Shown here: positions 16,971-26,203 of the stretch, piece after piece
How the letters are laid out: every line of letters begins with the position of its first letter
How positions within the stretch are numbered: the stretch's first letter is position 1
Virus record (IMG/VR): IMGVR_UViG_3300010401_000032
Coordinates: 90,145-154,144 of that record
Direction: 5' to 3' (one strand)
Length of the DNA stretch: 64,000 bases
Source: a virus
Lineage: Duplodnaviria; Heunggongvirae; Uroviricota; Caudoviricetes
Notes under the pieces: generated by a model
The model's database searches: none
Seen by the model: only the letters and a program-made list of their open reading frames with translations
Told to the model about the DNA's origin: nothing
Position numbers and translations under genes: made by a program

Positions 16971-18773
16971 TTAGACGAACTCTTGTTGATTCTGTGCTTG
17001 TGATTGTTGTATACCGGCCGCTTGTTTTCTCATTTGATCTCTAATCTTGGAGCCGTCCGACTGTTGATTACCGATGGCAACAAACTGGGCCATAAGCTGC
17101 TCTCGCGTGATCCCCATGCTAAGATGCTCAACCCAAGTTTTTGCACCATTTGGATCTACAGCGGGATATTTCAAAACGTTCAAATATAGCCAATCTACAT
17201 ATTCTTCATTATTAAGATTCGGCGGAATTGGAAGTGCTGCAACTGTATTCACTTCGGAGATTGGACTATCCCACGTCTGAGAACGATCGAGCGGCTGAAC
17301 ATTATCCAATACATATTCCCATTGTTGGAATAATTTATCCCAGTCATAGTTATCGACAACGCATTGATAGGCTTCCTTTGACAGTTCTGAAAGCTTCTCT
17401 TTATTAGAGATCATTTCAAACATCTTGTCTGCCAAATCTTCGATGTCTGGGTGAGCACGCTTGCAACTTGTTTCTGCTTCGTAGTAATAACGACCGACAT
17501 CAATAACATCGCCACCCTTATTGCAGGTGTAGTTATCTTTCGTAATGTCCATTTCTTTAAAGTGATCGTAGTTTGGATAACGGCCCTTCTCACGCATGGC
17601 GGTGTAATCTGTAGCCAGCGTTGGCACTCCGCAAGCTTTCGCCTCTTGTATCGGCATACCATCACCTTCGCATATAGAGCATTGAACATATAAATCCATC
17701 ATGCTATACAGCTTTGCCAATGTTTCTCTATCAAAGCCAATGCTGGTACTGGGCGGCGAAGCATCAATCTTATTGCAGTGCGGACAAGGTAACTTAATTC
17801 TACCTTCTTCTATGGGTTTTTTCCACAGATTCATTGCGTATGTAACAGACGGCTCTTTGCACGAATGACAGTGCATAGATTGTAGAATACTACCTCTAAT
17901 GCCCTTATTATAATACGGCATCCAGTCATGTGTTTCAAGACGCATGATGTGTCTAGGATAATCGTAAGAGTGTACGTTATCTGGCCAAGACGAGTGTATG
18001 AGGAGGGTGGCCTTGTCTACAATCTCATTACCCTTATACTTAGCTTTCATACGAGAAAAACCGTCGATAAGATCTGGATAAAGTTTACGAGATTGATTTC
18101 TCATAACAGTACCAATAACTGTTATTTCTTTATTGAGATTCCAGAAGTCTCTTACTTCTTTTTTATCCATTGGCTTGAAAGTACTAAGGTCTACTCCCGG
18201 TCGCATAGGCTTAGGGAATATCTTCATCTTTCTTTTGCCAGTTGGCAACACCTGACTTTGACGACGCAAAGCGTGAACGCCGTAATCAGAATAAGCCAAA
18301 ACTAAGTTGGCATTTTCATAAGTCTCAATCCACTCTTCCGCTTGTGGTTCTGCGTCCACTGTTGGCATAATAATCCATTTAAACCAAGGGCGGAAAGCGT
18401 TTCTCTCTTCGAATTCCAACATCCAAAAATCTCTAATATCAATAACGATATCGGGCTGAAAATCTAATAGAACGGCATTAAGTTTGTATTCGCCGAATTG
18501 GTTTGTCATTTGTCCGCGAGCACGTGGATGGGGACAGTTCTGCCCGAACACGGACGCTTCCTGTTGATTGGTCGGAAGCACACCATAAAATTTCCAACGA
18601 CCATTTATAAATGATTGAACACGAGGATCGTTTTGATGTGCGTAAGATCCTAACTCTGCAATTTCATATTTGCCGGTTGCAGCAAGCCGTGGTAATAATT
18701 CTCTGTAATATGTCGAGAATCCAGTATTAAGGAAGCTAGCTTCACCTATAAACAGAATGCGTTTTTTGCTCAT
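16971..18773 (-). CDS. Glycosyltransferase family 4 with Cys4 insert and DUF4214-like C-terminal module
   Basis: TGFSTY, PGVD...F.P, RNQSRK.YP.L, CEGDGMPIQEAKACGVP (EX7E), YDWD; CHSC...CPHC insert; YVDWLY.NVL...D..G...W...L..G.TR tail. Confidence 0.85.
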   Translation of the reverse strand: MSKKRILFIGEASFLNTGFSTYYRELLPRLAATGKYEIAELGSYAHQNDPRVQSFINGRWKFYGVLPTNQQEASVFGQNCPHPRARGQMTNQFGEYKLNAVLLDFQPDIVIDIRDFWMLEFEERNAFRPWFKWIIMPTVDAEPQAEEWIETYENANLVLAYSDYGVHALRRQSQVLPTGKRKMKIFPKPMRPGVDLSTFKPMDKKEVRDFWNLNKEITVIGTVMRNQSRKLYPDLIDGFSRMKAKYKGNEIVDKATLLIHSSWPDNVHSYDYPRHIMRLETHDWMPYYNKGIRGSILQSMHCHSCKEPSVTYAMNLWKKPIEEGRIKLPCPHCNKIDASPPSTSIGFDRETLAKLYSMMDLYVQCSICEGDGMPIQEAKACGVPTLATDYTAMREKGRYPNYDHFKEMDITKDNYTCNKGGDVIDVGRYYYEAETSCKRAHPDIEDLADKMFEMISNKEKLSELSKEAYQCVVDNYDWDKLFQQWEYVLDNVQPLDRSQTWDSPISEVNTVAALPIPPNLNNEEYVDWLYLNVLKYPAVDPNGAKTWVEHLSMGITREQLMAQFVAIGNQQSDGSKIRDQMRKQAAGIQQSQAQNQQEFV

Positions 18774-19375
18774 TTTATCTTACTCTTAATATTTCTTTCA
18801 ATCATATATACGTTATTAACCGAAATACTTAATCTCTTTGCTACTATAGAGGCCGAAACATTACCCAAAATTCTATCCTGTAAAATAGTCTTTTCTTGAG
18901 TGGTCTGTGCCGCTTCTTCTAAGATTGTTTGTATATCTTCTGACGTATGACATTCGATAGATTCCTCGTCTATACATGAAGACTGTTTTCTACTATACGC
19001 CAATCGAAGATCCTTAACGTGCTGAATATCAATAGTCTTCTTTAATCGGTCGCTTAAAATATCAACTATCTCTTCGTCTGACTTACCATCATTTGCCAGC
19101 CTATTGACTTTAGAAGCTAAGTTCGTAGTTCGATGATCTACTGTAAACACGCCAAGAAATCTGCCGGCCTCGTGATATATTTCCTGTTTAACTAGGCGAG
19201 AAACAAAGGATTTAATATTGGATCCACAAGACGGATCATATTCCTTAATAGCTCTTAACGCAGCGATTCTACCTATCTGGTAGAGGTCATTAATATCTAT
19301 TGCGGCAGAAGAGAAGCATGCCGAACGTGCAATATGATTTATTAATGGAATATAGGCTTCTAGTACATCTACCAT
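18770..19375 (-). CDS. Phage-encoded sigma70-family RNA polymerase sigma factor
   Basis: Region 2: DLYQIG..AAL.AI..YDP..GS...SFV...VK..I. Region-4-like HTH: EK.IL...I......VAKRL.IS...VY.IE. Confidence 0.8.
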   Translation of the reverse strand: MVDVLEAYIPLINHIARSACFSSAAIDINDLYQIGRIAALRAIKEYDPSCGSNIKSFVSRLVKQEIYHEAGRFLGVFTVDHRTTNLASKVNRLANDGKSDEEIVDILSDRLKKTIDIQHVKDLRLAYSRKQSSCIDEESIECHTSEDIQTILEEAAQTTQEKTILQDRILGNVSASIVAKRLSISVNNVYMIERNIKSKIK

Positions 19376-19409
19376 AATTACATTATTGCAATTTTACACA
19401 AAACGTCAA
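19376..19409 (-). promoter_or_regulatory. sigma70-type promoter, probably leaderless, for the sigma-factor/glycosylation operon
   Basis: Minus strand TTGACG (19409-19404), 16 nt, TG-C-AATAAT (19387-19382), 6 nt, ATG; no SD. Confidence 0.6.
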
Positions 19410-19615
19410 GATTTTTTCTTGGTTTTTTTCTCGCGTTTAAACCACATATATGGCACTGAAAAAGGATAGAGCGGCTCCCATCCTTCTTTAGCTTTCTTAT
19501 TAGCGAGATCAACCACCATAGAATTAACATCGTCTATTTTGGCAAGTCCCATTTGTATCATCTGCTTCTGATCGTCACTTAATGGAAGTGACTCAAAGCT
19601 ATATTCGTATATCAT
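19406..19615 (-). CDS. Small hypothetical protein (DUF4177-like)
   Basis: YEY...; N.K.KEGWEP motif. Confidence 0.55.
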   Translation of the reverse strand: MIYEYSFESLPLSDDQKQMIQMGLAKIDDVNSMVVDLANKKAKEGWEPLYPFSVPYMWFKREKKTKKKS

Positions 19616-22600
19616 GCTACCCTTTCTATTATATCAGCAATCAAGGATCCTCGTTCGTCCATTTTGCCTCTAATTTTAATTATACTGCCGGCTTCTAATA
19701 AATACTTGGCACGAGAAAACGTCTGTGGGAAAACTACTATGTTGTCCATCATATAAGTATTGTCTCGTGCTGTGACGAAAGCCATTGGATCGCCCTTCTT
19801 AGTAATGATCTCTCTTATGGAATCTACGCAAACGGCAATTTCAAATCTCGTTTCCGGCTCTCCGTGCTTGATAAGATCAATGCACTTATCCTTAGCTCTA
19901 TAAATATCAGCTTCGCTACCGCTCAGGCTAATACCAAGGTAATGTTGCTCCCACGCAATGCGTTGTGCCTTACTATCAAAGAGGTCGCCATTATCGTACT
20001 CTGCTAATAGCTCTCTAATAGTCTTACGTCTAGAGATGTTTGGTAATTTTAATGAATATTTTTCCTTGATAATAGTAGCCTTTTGTTCATCAGAAATAGC
20101 ACGTACTATCTTTATTCTATCTTTTAAGCCTTCTTGGAATGGAAGAAGGGTATCGATAAGTTCACGATCCTTTGCCGTCAGATTCTCTAATAGCCTGAAT
20201 CTTCGTTGAGATTCTACTCGGTGTTCTTGCATGTCATCAAAAGCCCCGCCCCTAATGAGGGCGAGCATTGCCGCAGAACTAATCTTGTTCTTGGTAGATA
20301 GAACTTGCCAAATCATGTCGTCCAGCGTCGTGCATTCTTTTGAAATCTTTATGAGATCATTTATGGCCACGTTGCCAACGCCCTTAAGGGCAGTCATTCC
20401 AAAGGCTATTTGCTTATCGCTGATAATGTCAAAATCTTTATTGGCGTGTTTAATACGCGGTGGCACTACCTCTAGATCAAACAGTTTGGCGTCGTATACA
20501 AGTGCCGACAACTGCTCAAACTTTTCTGGGTGTGACTCTGTGTGACGTAGTTTAGCACAGAAAAATTCTATAGTATAATTTGCTTTCAAGTATGCTGTTT
20601 CATAAGCCAGTAATGCATAGCCGATACCGTGAGATTTATTGAAGCCGTATCCGGAGAATTTATCTACATAGTCCCAGATATCACTTGATATTTGATCTGA
20701 TATGCCATTAGCTACACAGCCGGCAATAAACTTCTCTTTCCATTTTTTCATCTCCTCGGGCTTCTTCTTACCCATGGCTTTACGAACGGAGTCAGCGTCC
20801 GCAAGTGACATACTGGCCAACTGTTTACAGATTTCAATAACCTGTTCCTGATACAGTAATGCCGAATACGTACGACCCATGATCGGCTCTAGAGACGGGT
20901 GAATATACTCGGCGGCTTCCCCTTTAATCTTCACGTTGCGATACGCAGTATGCATCTGCGATTCCATTGGGCCTGGACGAATGATGGAAACCAAGTCTGA
21001 TAATTGATCTATATTTTGTGGCTCAAGATTCTTAGACCAAGTTTTACCTAACTGTTTCTCTATCTGGAAAATTCCCATTGTAAATCCCTGGCATAGCATT
21101 GCCCATGTCTTTGGATCATCTAAAGGAATTAGTTTTCTAGATAGGTCAATTTTTCTACGCTTCTTCACTAGGTCCATGGTAACTTGAATATCGTCTAATG
21201 TAGTTAGACCAAGTATATCAAGCTTTAAAAGACTTAGAGAGTCTACAGTGTTCATATCCCAACCAAAGATTAAGTCGCCGTCCTTTGATCTCGTCAGGGG
21301 GTATGGACTCTCATCAAATGGAATATCTGAAATAACTACGGCGGCTGCGTGGATGCCCGTGCTCTTGTAGCATCCTTCAAGAGCTAAGGCGATTTTAAAC
21401 CATGGCGTATATTTATCGTAGTACGCTTTCAGTTCTGGCACTGTATCAATAGCTTCTTGCAAAGAGATCGGAACGTGTTCGTCGTTCTTTGCTGGCACCA
21501 ATGCAGTAATCTTATTGGCTTCGTCAAAAGGCATGTCATATACCCTAAAGACTTCTTTCAGAACTGCCTTCGCTTGCAATCCACTAAGGGTAACTAACTG
21601 TGCTACATTTCTAGCACCGAATCTATCTTTGATGTACTCAAGAGCGTCTTGTCTAAAGGAACGCGGTACGTCAGTATCAATATCCGGAAGTCCGCCACGA
21701 CCCTTATTTAAGAAACGTTCCCAGATTAGTCCATATTTCAACGGATCAATCTCTGTGATGCCGAGTGTATAACTAACCAAACTGCCTCCGGCACTTCCTC
21801 GACCATGCCCCAAGAGAACGTTTTTGTGACGAATCCAATTAACCACGTCATAAACTATTAAGAAATAATCGACGAATCCCATCTCCTCTATATCTTTTAA
21901 TTCGCGATCTAGTCTATGTTGATATGTCTCATATGCGTCGCCAGCGTTAATATCCGAAACTAGTCTTTTCAGTCCGTCATTTGCTAACTCGTGCAAATAT
22001 TGACTCCCCGTCTTGCCCTCGGGGACAAACTGATATTTCGGTAGTCTGCGTTTTTTAAGATCTAGGACAACGTGGCATCTGTTAGCAATCTCATTAGTTA
22101 AATCAAGTTCTTCTTTTGTAAAATCGCACGCTTCCATTTCTTCACGAGTCTTAATATAATATTCTTCGTGAGAAAAATTGGTATATGTTGAGCGTTGATA
22201 TTTATTGGTATTCATTTCCAATAAAGTCTTATGTGCCTCGGCGTCATGTTGCCGTACATAATGCACATTGTTCGTTGCGACCGTTCTTAGGTTATATTTC
22301 TTGGCTATCTGTCTGAGACGTATGTTGATCGTAGCCTGCTCATTAACGAAGTTGTTTTGAACCTCTAAGAATAGATTGTCATTACCGAATATCTTTATTA
22401 ATCTTCTGACTATGCCTTCCGCTTTAAATAGTGCCGCGGGCTCCGAGACCTCTCCGTCTTGAGATGTCTTGTCATAGAGATTATAAGAAATCACCCCGTC
22501 AAGACTGCTGCCAGTTAAACAAATGACGCCCTCTTTATGCTTTTCAAGCAAATTGAAATCTATACGAGGATTATAATAGTAATAATCTTCGCTATTTGCA

Positions 22601-22917
22601 ATACTTGCAAGTCTCGCTATATTAGCCAAACCTTTTTCTGTTTCTGCCAACAGCACCATATGATAAACTTGCCTGGATTTATGGATCTTAGACTGTTTAG
22701 CATCTTCGCAAAAATAAAGGTCTACACCGATGATCGGTTTAATACCCTCTGATTGAGCAGCCTTAATGAAATTAACGGCATTAAAAAGATTAGAGTAATC
22801 AGTTAACGCTACCGCTGTTTGTCCGACGGCTTTAACTTGCTTGACTAACTCGTCAATATCGGCCGATCCATAGAGCATGGACGCCTTAGAGTGTGTATTT
22901 AAGTGTGTAAAAGTCAT
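19612..22917 (-). CDS. dnaE: DNA polymerase III alpha subunit (family C)
   Basis: PHP domain, GRGSAGGSL, PDIDTD and KLDILGL catalytic aspartates, YQEQV, YGFNKSH, HhH GLKGVG, C-terminal OB fold; no intein. Confidence 0.96.
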   Translation of the reverse strand: MTFTHLNTHSKASMLYGSADIDELVKQVKAVGQTAVALTDYSNLFNAVNFIKAAQSEGIKPIIGVDLYFCEDAKQSKIHKSRQVYHMVLLAETEKGLANIARLASIANSEDYYYYNPRIDFNLLEKHKEGVICLTGSSLDGVISYNLYDKTSQDGEVSEPAALFKAEGIVRRLIKIFGNDNLFLEVQNNFVNEQATINIRLRQIAKKYNLRTVATNNVHYVRQHDAEAHKTLLEMNTNKYQRSTYTNFSHEEYYIKTREEMEACDFTKEELDLTNEIANRCHVVLDLKKRRLPKYQFVPEGKTGSQYLHELANDGLKRLVSDINAGDAYETYQHRLDRELKDIEEMGFVDYFLIVYDVVNWIRHKNVLLGHGRGSAGGSLVSYTLGITEIDPLKYGLIWERFLNKGRGGLPDIDTDVPRSFRQDALEYIKDRFGARNVAQLVTLSGLQAKAVLKEVFRVYDMPFDEANKITALVPAKNDEHVPISLQEAIDTVPELKAYYDKYTPWFKIALALEGCYKSTGIHAAAVVISDIPFDESPYPLTRSKDGDLIFGWDMNTVDSLSLLKLDILGLTTLDDIQVTMDLVKKRRKIDLSRKLIPLDDPKTWAMLCQGFTMGIFQIEKQLGKTWSKNLEPQNIDQLSDLVSIIRPGPMESQMHTAYRNVKIKGEAAEYIHPSLEPIMGRTYSALLYQEQVIEICKQLASMSLADADSVRKAMGKKKPEEMKKWKEKFIAGCVANGISDQISSDIWDYVDKFSGYGFNKSHGIGYALLAYETAYLKANYTIEFFCAKLRHTESHPEKFEQLSALVYDAKLFDLEVVPPRIKHANKDFDIISDKQIAFGMTALKGVGNVAINDLIKISKECTTLDDMIWQVLSTKNKISSAAMLALIRGGAFDDMQEHRVESQRRFRLLENLTAKDRELIDTLLPFQEGLKDRIKIVRAISDEQKATIIKEKYSLKLPNISRRKTIRELLAEYDNGDLFDSKAQRIAWEQHYLGISLSGSEADIYRAKDKCIDLIKHGEPETRFEIAVCVDSIREIITKKGDPMAFVTARDNTYMMDNIVVFPQTFSRAKYLLEAGSIIKIRGKMDERGSLIADIIERVA

Positions 22918-23591
22918 GAATCAACTTGATTTCTATTGCGACGCGGTGCTTTTCGTTCGGTTGGCTTGGTATAAACTTCGCCAGGAATTCGATCTAGAGA
23001 TACGTTTCTTTCTTTTTGAAGCTTGCGTATTCTATGCTTATTAGCTTTCTCTGTATGGGTCGCCTGATAATTACCATCTTTGTCATATTGGCCGCTTCGA
23101 ACTGGCTCTATGCCGGCCTTGTCCCAAATATCACCAATACGTTGTTTTGTTTTAATACCCGGTGGGTTTGAGTACTGTAGAGAATAACCATCGGTAGCTT
23201 TCAAAGACAGGCCGCATTCCTTATGATGGCAAATTATCTCACCCGTGTCAATCAATTCGGGTAGTTCTTCTAACGAGCCTTTAATGTTGAAAAAGTCTTC
23301 TGGTCCTGAGCCGTACTGTATATGAAGCCAACCGTGGTTAAATAAGCCGATAAGTGAGGCGTGTCCATCTTTACATTGATAATGCTTCATGGCGTTAAAT
23401 AGAGTGGCCCCCTCTTTAACGAAGATGGGATTGTTAATATTGTCTACTTTACACGTTGGACATACAACTTTATTCTTGAGAATTTTACGTTGTATAGCCT
23501 CTTCTTCTGATCTTGAAATAAGAAGCTCTGTTTCATGACTCTTTTCCCAGCAACAGACAATAACCTTAGTTCGTGCCATCGTATTTTTCAT
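22914..23591 (-). CDS. Hypothetical Cys/His-rich (probable zinc-binding) protein
   Basis: CC, CPTC, C..GH, CHH.EC motifs; basic C-terminus. Confidence 0.65.
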   Translation of the reverse strand: MKNTMARTKVIVCCWEKSHETELLISRSEEEAIQRKILKNKVVCPTCKVDNINNPIFVKEGATLFNAMKHYQCKDGHASLIGLFNHGWLHIQYGSGPEDFFNIKGSLEELPELIDTGEIICHHKECGLSLKATDGYSLQYSNPPGIKTKQRIGDIWDKAGIEPVRSGQYDKDGNYQATHTEKANKHRIRKLQKERNVSLDRIPGEVYTKPTERKAPRRNRNQVDS

Positions 23592-24156
23592 CCCATATAT
23601 GATCTATAATGCCAAGTCTTTGTGCTTCTTCCGCATCAAAAAAGTGATCTCCAACCTGCTCTGTATATTCCCTCCAGAACTCGGCCGGTTTACTTGTGTG
23701 AAGGGCCATTAGCTCATACCACCTATCTCCCATTTTGTCGTGATGCTCAATATCTTTCTTCACTTCATCAATTCGTTTATCTATAAAGCTGTCCCATGAT
23801 TGGTGAATCATAAACCATGTATTGGGCGTGGCATATCTTTCTCCTGGCTGACCACACGCTACTAATAAGGGGGCGGCCGACATGCATTTCCCTATGGCAG
23901 TTGTGTAAATTGGAGACTTCAAAGTTCTGATAACGTCATAGAGAGCAAACATTTCATATTCGCTGCCGCCAAAAGAACCAATAAATAATTCAATTGGTTT
24001 TTCTGTAGATTCAGAATCCATATAATACAAGCCTTTAATAACCATACCAATTGCAGTTTCGCCAACGTCATCGAATAAAAATATGCGACGATTCTGGCGA
24101 TCGATACCATATTCGAAATATGCTTCTATCCAATCGCGTGTTATTTTTGCTCGCAT
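23566..24156 (-). CDS. clpP: ClpP-like serine protease subunit
   Basis: RRIFL...V, PIELFI.S.GG, CMSAA (Ser), FMIHQ (His), DHFFDAEEA..LGIIDHI (Asp region). Confidence 0.88.
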   Translation of the reverse strand: MRAKITRDWIEAYFEYGIDRQNRRIFLFDDVGETAIGMVIKGLYYMDSESTEKPIELFIGSFGGSEYEMFALYDVIRTLKSPIYTTAIGKCMSAAPLLVACGQPGERYATPNTWFMIHQSWDSFIDKRIDEVKKDIEHHDKMGDRWYELMALHTSKPAEFWREYTEQVGDHFFDAEEAQRLGIIDHIWDEKYDGTN

Positions 24157-25136
24157 GTATTAAACTTTCCTTTCCATTCTTTCGCACAAACGCCCGTATC
24201 GCAAATGGCATTACATGTAAAATATCTATAGCCATTATTTGCATTGCGTTCTGCGAAGTTAACATTGTTTGGCACGATTCTATGTATCCACTCCGTAGAT
24301 TCTATCTCGCGTATTTTGTCCTGAACAAATCTTTCGGTATCGTCATCTTCTTTTTTAGAAAAGGCGAGTGTAATTGGCGACTTAGTAAAATAGTCAAAAG
24401 TTAAAATAACGTTCTTAAATTTATATCCTTTTTTATGGATATCATCTATGAACTCGCGGCGAGCCGCGAGCGAATACATTTTAACCTGAATATCTTCTCT
24501 GCACTCTTTATAATTCTGAGCCCATGCACCCGTTTTATAGTCTATAACGTGAATGGTGTCTTCGTTTTCTTTAATAACCAAGTCCATGAATCCATTCATT
24601 GGTACTTCTGTGCCGGGCACCATGATACGAAACGGATACTCTGTACCAATAATCTTACCGTCATTATCTTTTAAGAGCTTAGGCCAAATATTTGTGTATC
24701 TGTTAATAACGGACTGCAATGATGAGACCGTATTATCAAATAGGTCTCTTGGGCATCCAGGTAAATTATCTAGTGCTTTTAATGAGATAGAACAGATGCC
24801 GTCGGTTTTGTTCGCATGAGGGCACGTGTCGCAATACGGTTTCTTTTGAGCATACTCTTTTGCCTTTGCTAGCAACAGAGGGCTTGGCATAGTCTCAGCT
24901 TCGCCGTGTCTATTCTTTGTTTCTAGAATGCCGCCGAATCCGGCATATAGTCGACGCACCCAATCCTTATCGGTATCATTTGAATATTGCTCTAGAACGT
25001 CATGCATTAAGGTGCCGATTACTGCACCCCAATTTGATTTCAATTCTATTTCAGTATGATAAGTGAGCCAAAATTTAAACAAGCACGTATCGTACGTTTT
25101 AATCTTGCTTGCAGAAATAGAAGACAGTTTTAACAT
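24141..25136 (-). CDS. PD-(D/E)XK nuclease, Cas4/RecB/AddB-like (probable recombination exonuclease)
   Basis: LSxSKI..Y..C N-terminus, G...H..LE, GFMDLV...IDYKTG, Q..MY, C-terminal C..CD...C. Confidence 0.85.
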   Translation of the reverse strand: MLKLSSISASKIKTYDTCLFKFWLTYHTEIELKSNWGAVIGTLMHDVLEQYSNDTDKDWVRRLYAGFGGILETKNRHGEAETMPSPLLLAKAKEYAQKKPYCDTCPHANKTDGICSISLKALDNLPGCPRDLFDNTVSSLQSVINRYTNIWPKLLKDNDGKIIGTEYPFRIMVPGTEVPMNGFMDLVIKENEDTIHVIDYKTGAWAQNYKECREDIQVKMYSLAARREFIDDIHKKGYKFKNVILTFDYFTKSPITLAFSKKEDDDTERFVQDKIREIESTEWIHRIVPNNVNFAERNANNGYRYFTCNAICDTGVCAKEWKGKFNTCEQK

Positions 25137-26203
25137 AATATATCTTTAAAGATGCGTTGCAGTTCGGGAACGGGAAGTTCGCCGCAATCAGAATCGGGGG
25201 GTAATTCTACCTTATGTAAATTGAATATATCGCCAACAATTCGCTTGGTTTTTTCCCAGCCCTTTTCACCGGGCGATTTGCCGTCTTTATATTTATTGGG
25301 ATCATCATTATCATAAGCGACAAATAGATCCTTAACGCCACACTTTACCAACAGCGTTCGATGTCCATGACATAGATTAGTACTGAGTGTGGCGACCCAA
25401 TTATGTATGCCGGCCTCTTCTAATTTCATTCCATCTAATGGGCCTTCAACAAGTATGAGGCGACGATCTGGTTCCAAGTATCTACGGGCACGAAATAGAT
25501 TGTATAGAATGGATCCAGTAAAAAGATGTGGTTCTGATGGATGTGGAATTCTGTTAAAGTAACGACCGTGCAGCCACTTTATATATTCTAAGCCACGATT
25601 TTCGAAGTAAGATTTCTCATGAATGGTTCTGCCAGTGTAGCCAACTAAATGACCATCGTGATCCCTTATAGGGAAAACAACCCTATCGTGCATATAGGTG
25701 CCATACCGGTTCCATAAGCCGACTTCATATTTTCTTAAGACATTAAGGTCAAATCCACGATTCAATAAATACGTAGGATCGGGCTGTAAGAATTTAAGAT
25801 TGTCTTCCGCTAATGGTTCGTGAATATGTAGCGTGACACTTTTGACACTATCGGGTTCGGCGGCTAGGACGGTCACGTCTACGTTCTTATTAGTTAGTGT
25901 ATCGTTAATCCACTGAAACGTTTCCTTGAAAGATGTTCCAAGAATGCTGCTAACCAAACCAAAAATATCGTTTCCTCTTGACTCTTCGCAGTGGTGAGAC
26001 CAACACACCCACTTGCCAATATCTGAACGCCAGCTAAATGCAGTTGTATTATTACGATCACCACCATGCTGTTTACATGGACACGCGGCCTGCATCAGTC
26101 CGTTACCGCGATCATTATAACAGATCTTCAATTGATCAAATAAATAGCCAATGTTCCTATTGGCGTGATTACGAATCGAGCGTTTCTTTTCGTTCTCAAT
26201 CAT
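25130..26203 (-). CDS. dnaG: DNA primase (zinc finger + TOPRIM)
   Basis: CPCxxH...CWSHHC zinc finger, RVVFPI.D..G..VGYTGR, LVEGPLD, AYDND. Start re-called to ATG 26203 (overlaps dnaB stop); track gave 26254. Confidence 0.88.
   Translation of the reverse strand: MIENEKKRSIRNHANRNIGYLFDQLKICYNDRGNGLMQAACPCKQHGGDRNNTTAFSWRSDIGKWVCWSHHCEESRGNDIFGLVSSILGTSFKETFQWINDTLTNKNVDVTVLAAEPDSVKSVTLHIHEPLAEDNLKFLQPDPTYLLNRGFDLNVLRKYEVGLWNRYGTYMHDRVVFPIRDHDGHLVGYTGRTIHEKSYFENRGLEYIKWLHGRYFNRIPHPSEPHLFTGSILYNLFRARRYLEPDRRLILVEGPLDGMKLEEAGIHNWVATLSTNLCHGHRTLLVKCGVKDLFVAYDNDDPNKYKDGKSPGEKGWEKTKRIVGDIFNLHKVELPPDSDCGELPVPELQRIFKDILC

Noticed and set aside
270-18773. Island as a T-even-style DNA hypermodification system
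   Set aside because: Not excluded, but no dCMP/dUMP hydroxymethylase, TET/JBP dioxygenase or DNA alpha/beta-glucosyltransferase motif is in the window, and 11 GTs plus fucose synthesis exceed DNA-modification needs.
270-18773. Island as a host O-antigen/capsule locus flanking a prophage
   Set aside because: It is coupled to a phage sigma gene, interleaved with phage-type small ORFs, shares strand and packing with the phage genes, and lacks wzx/wzy/ABC export genes.
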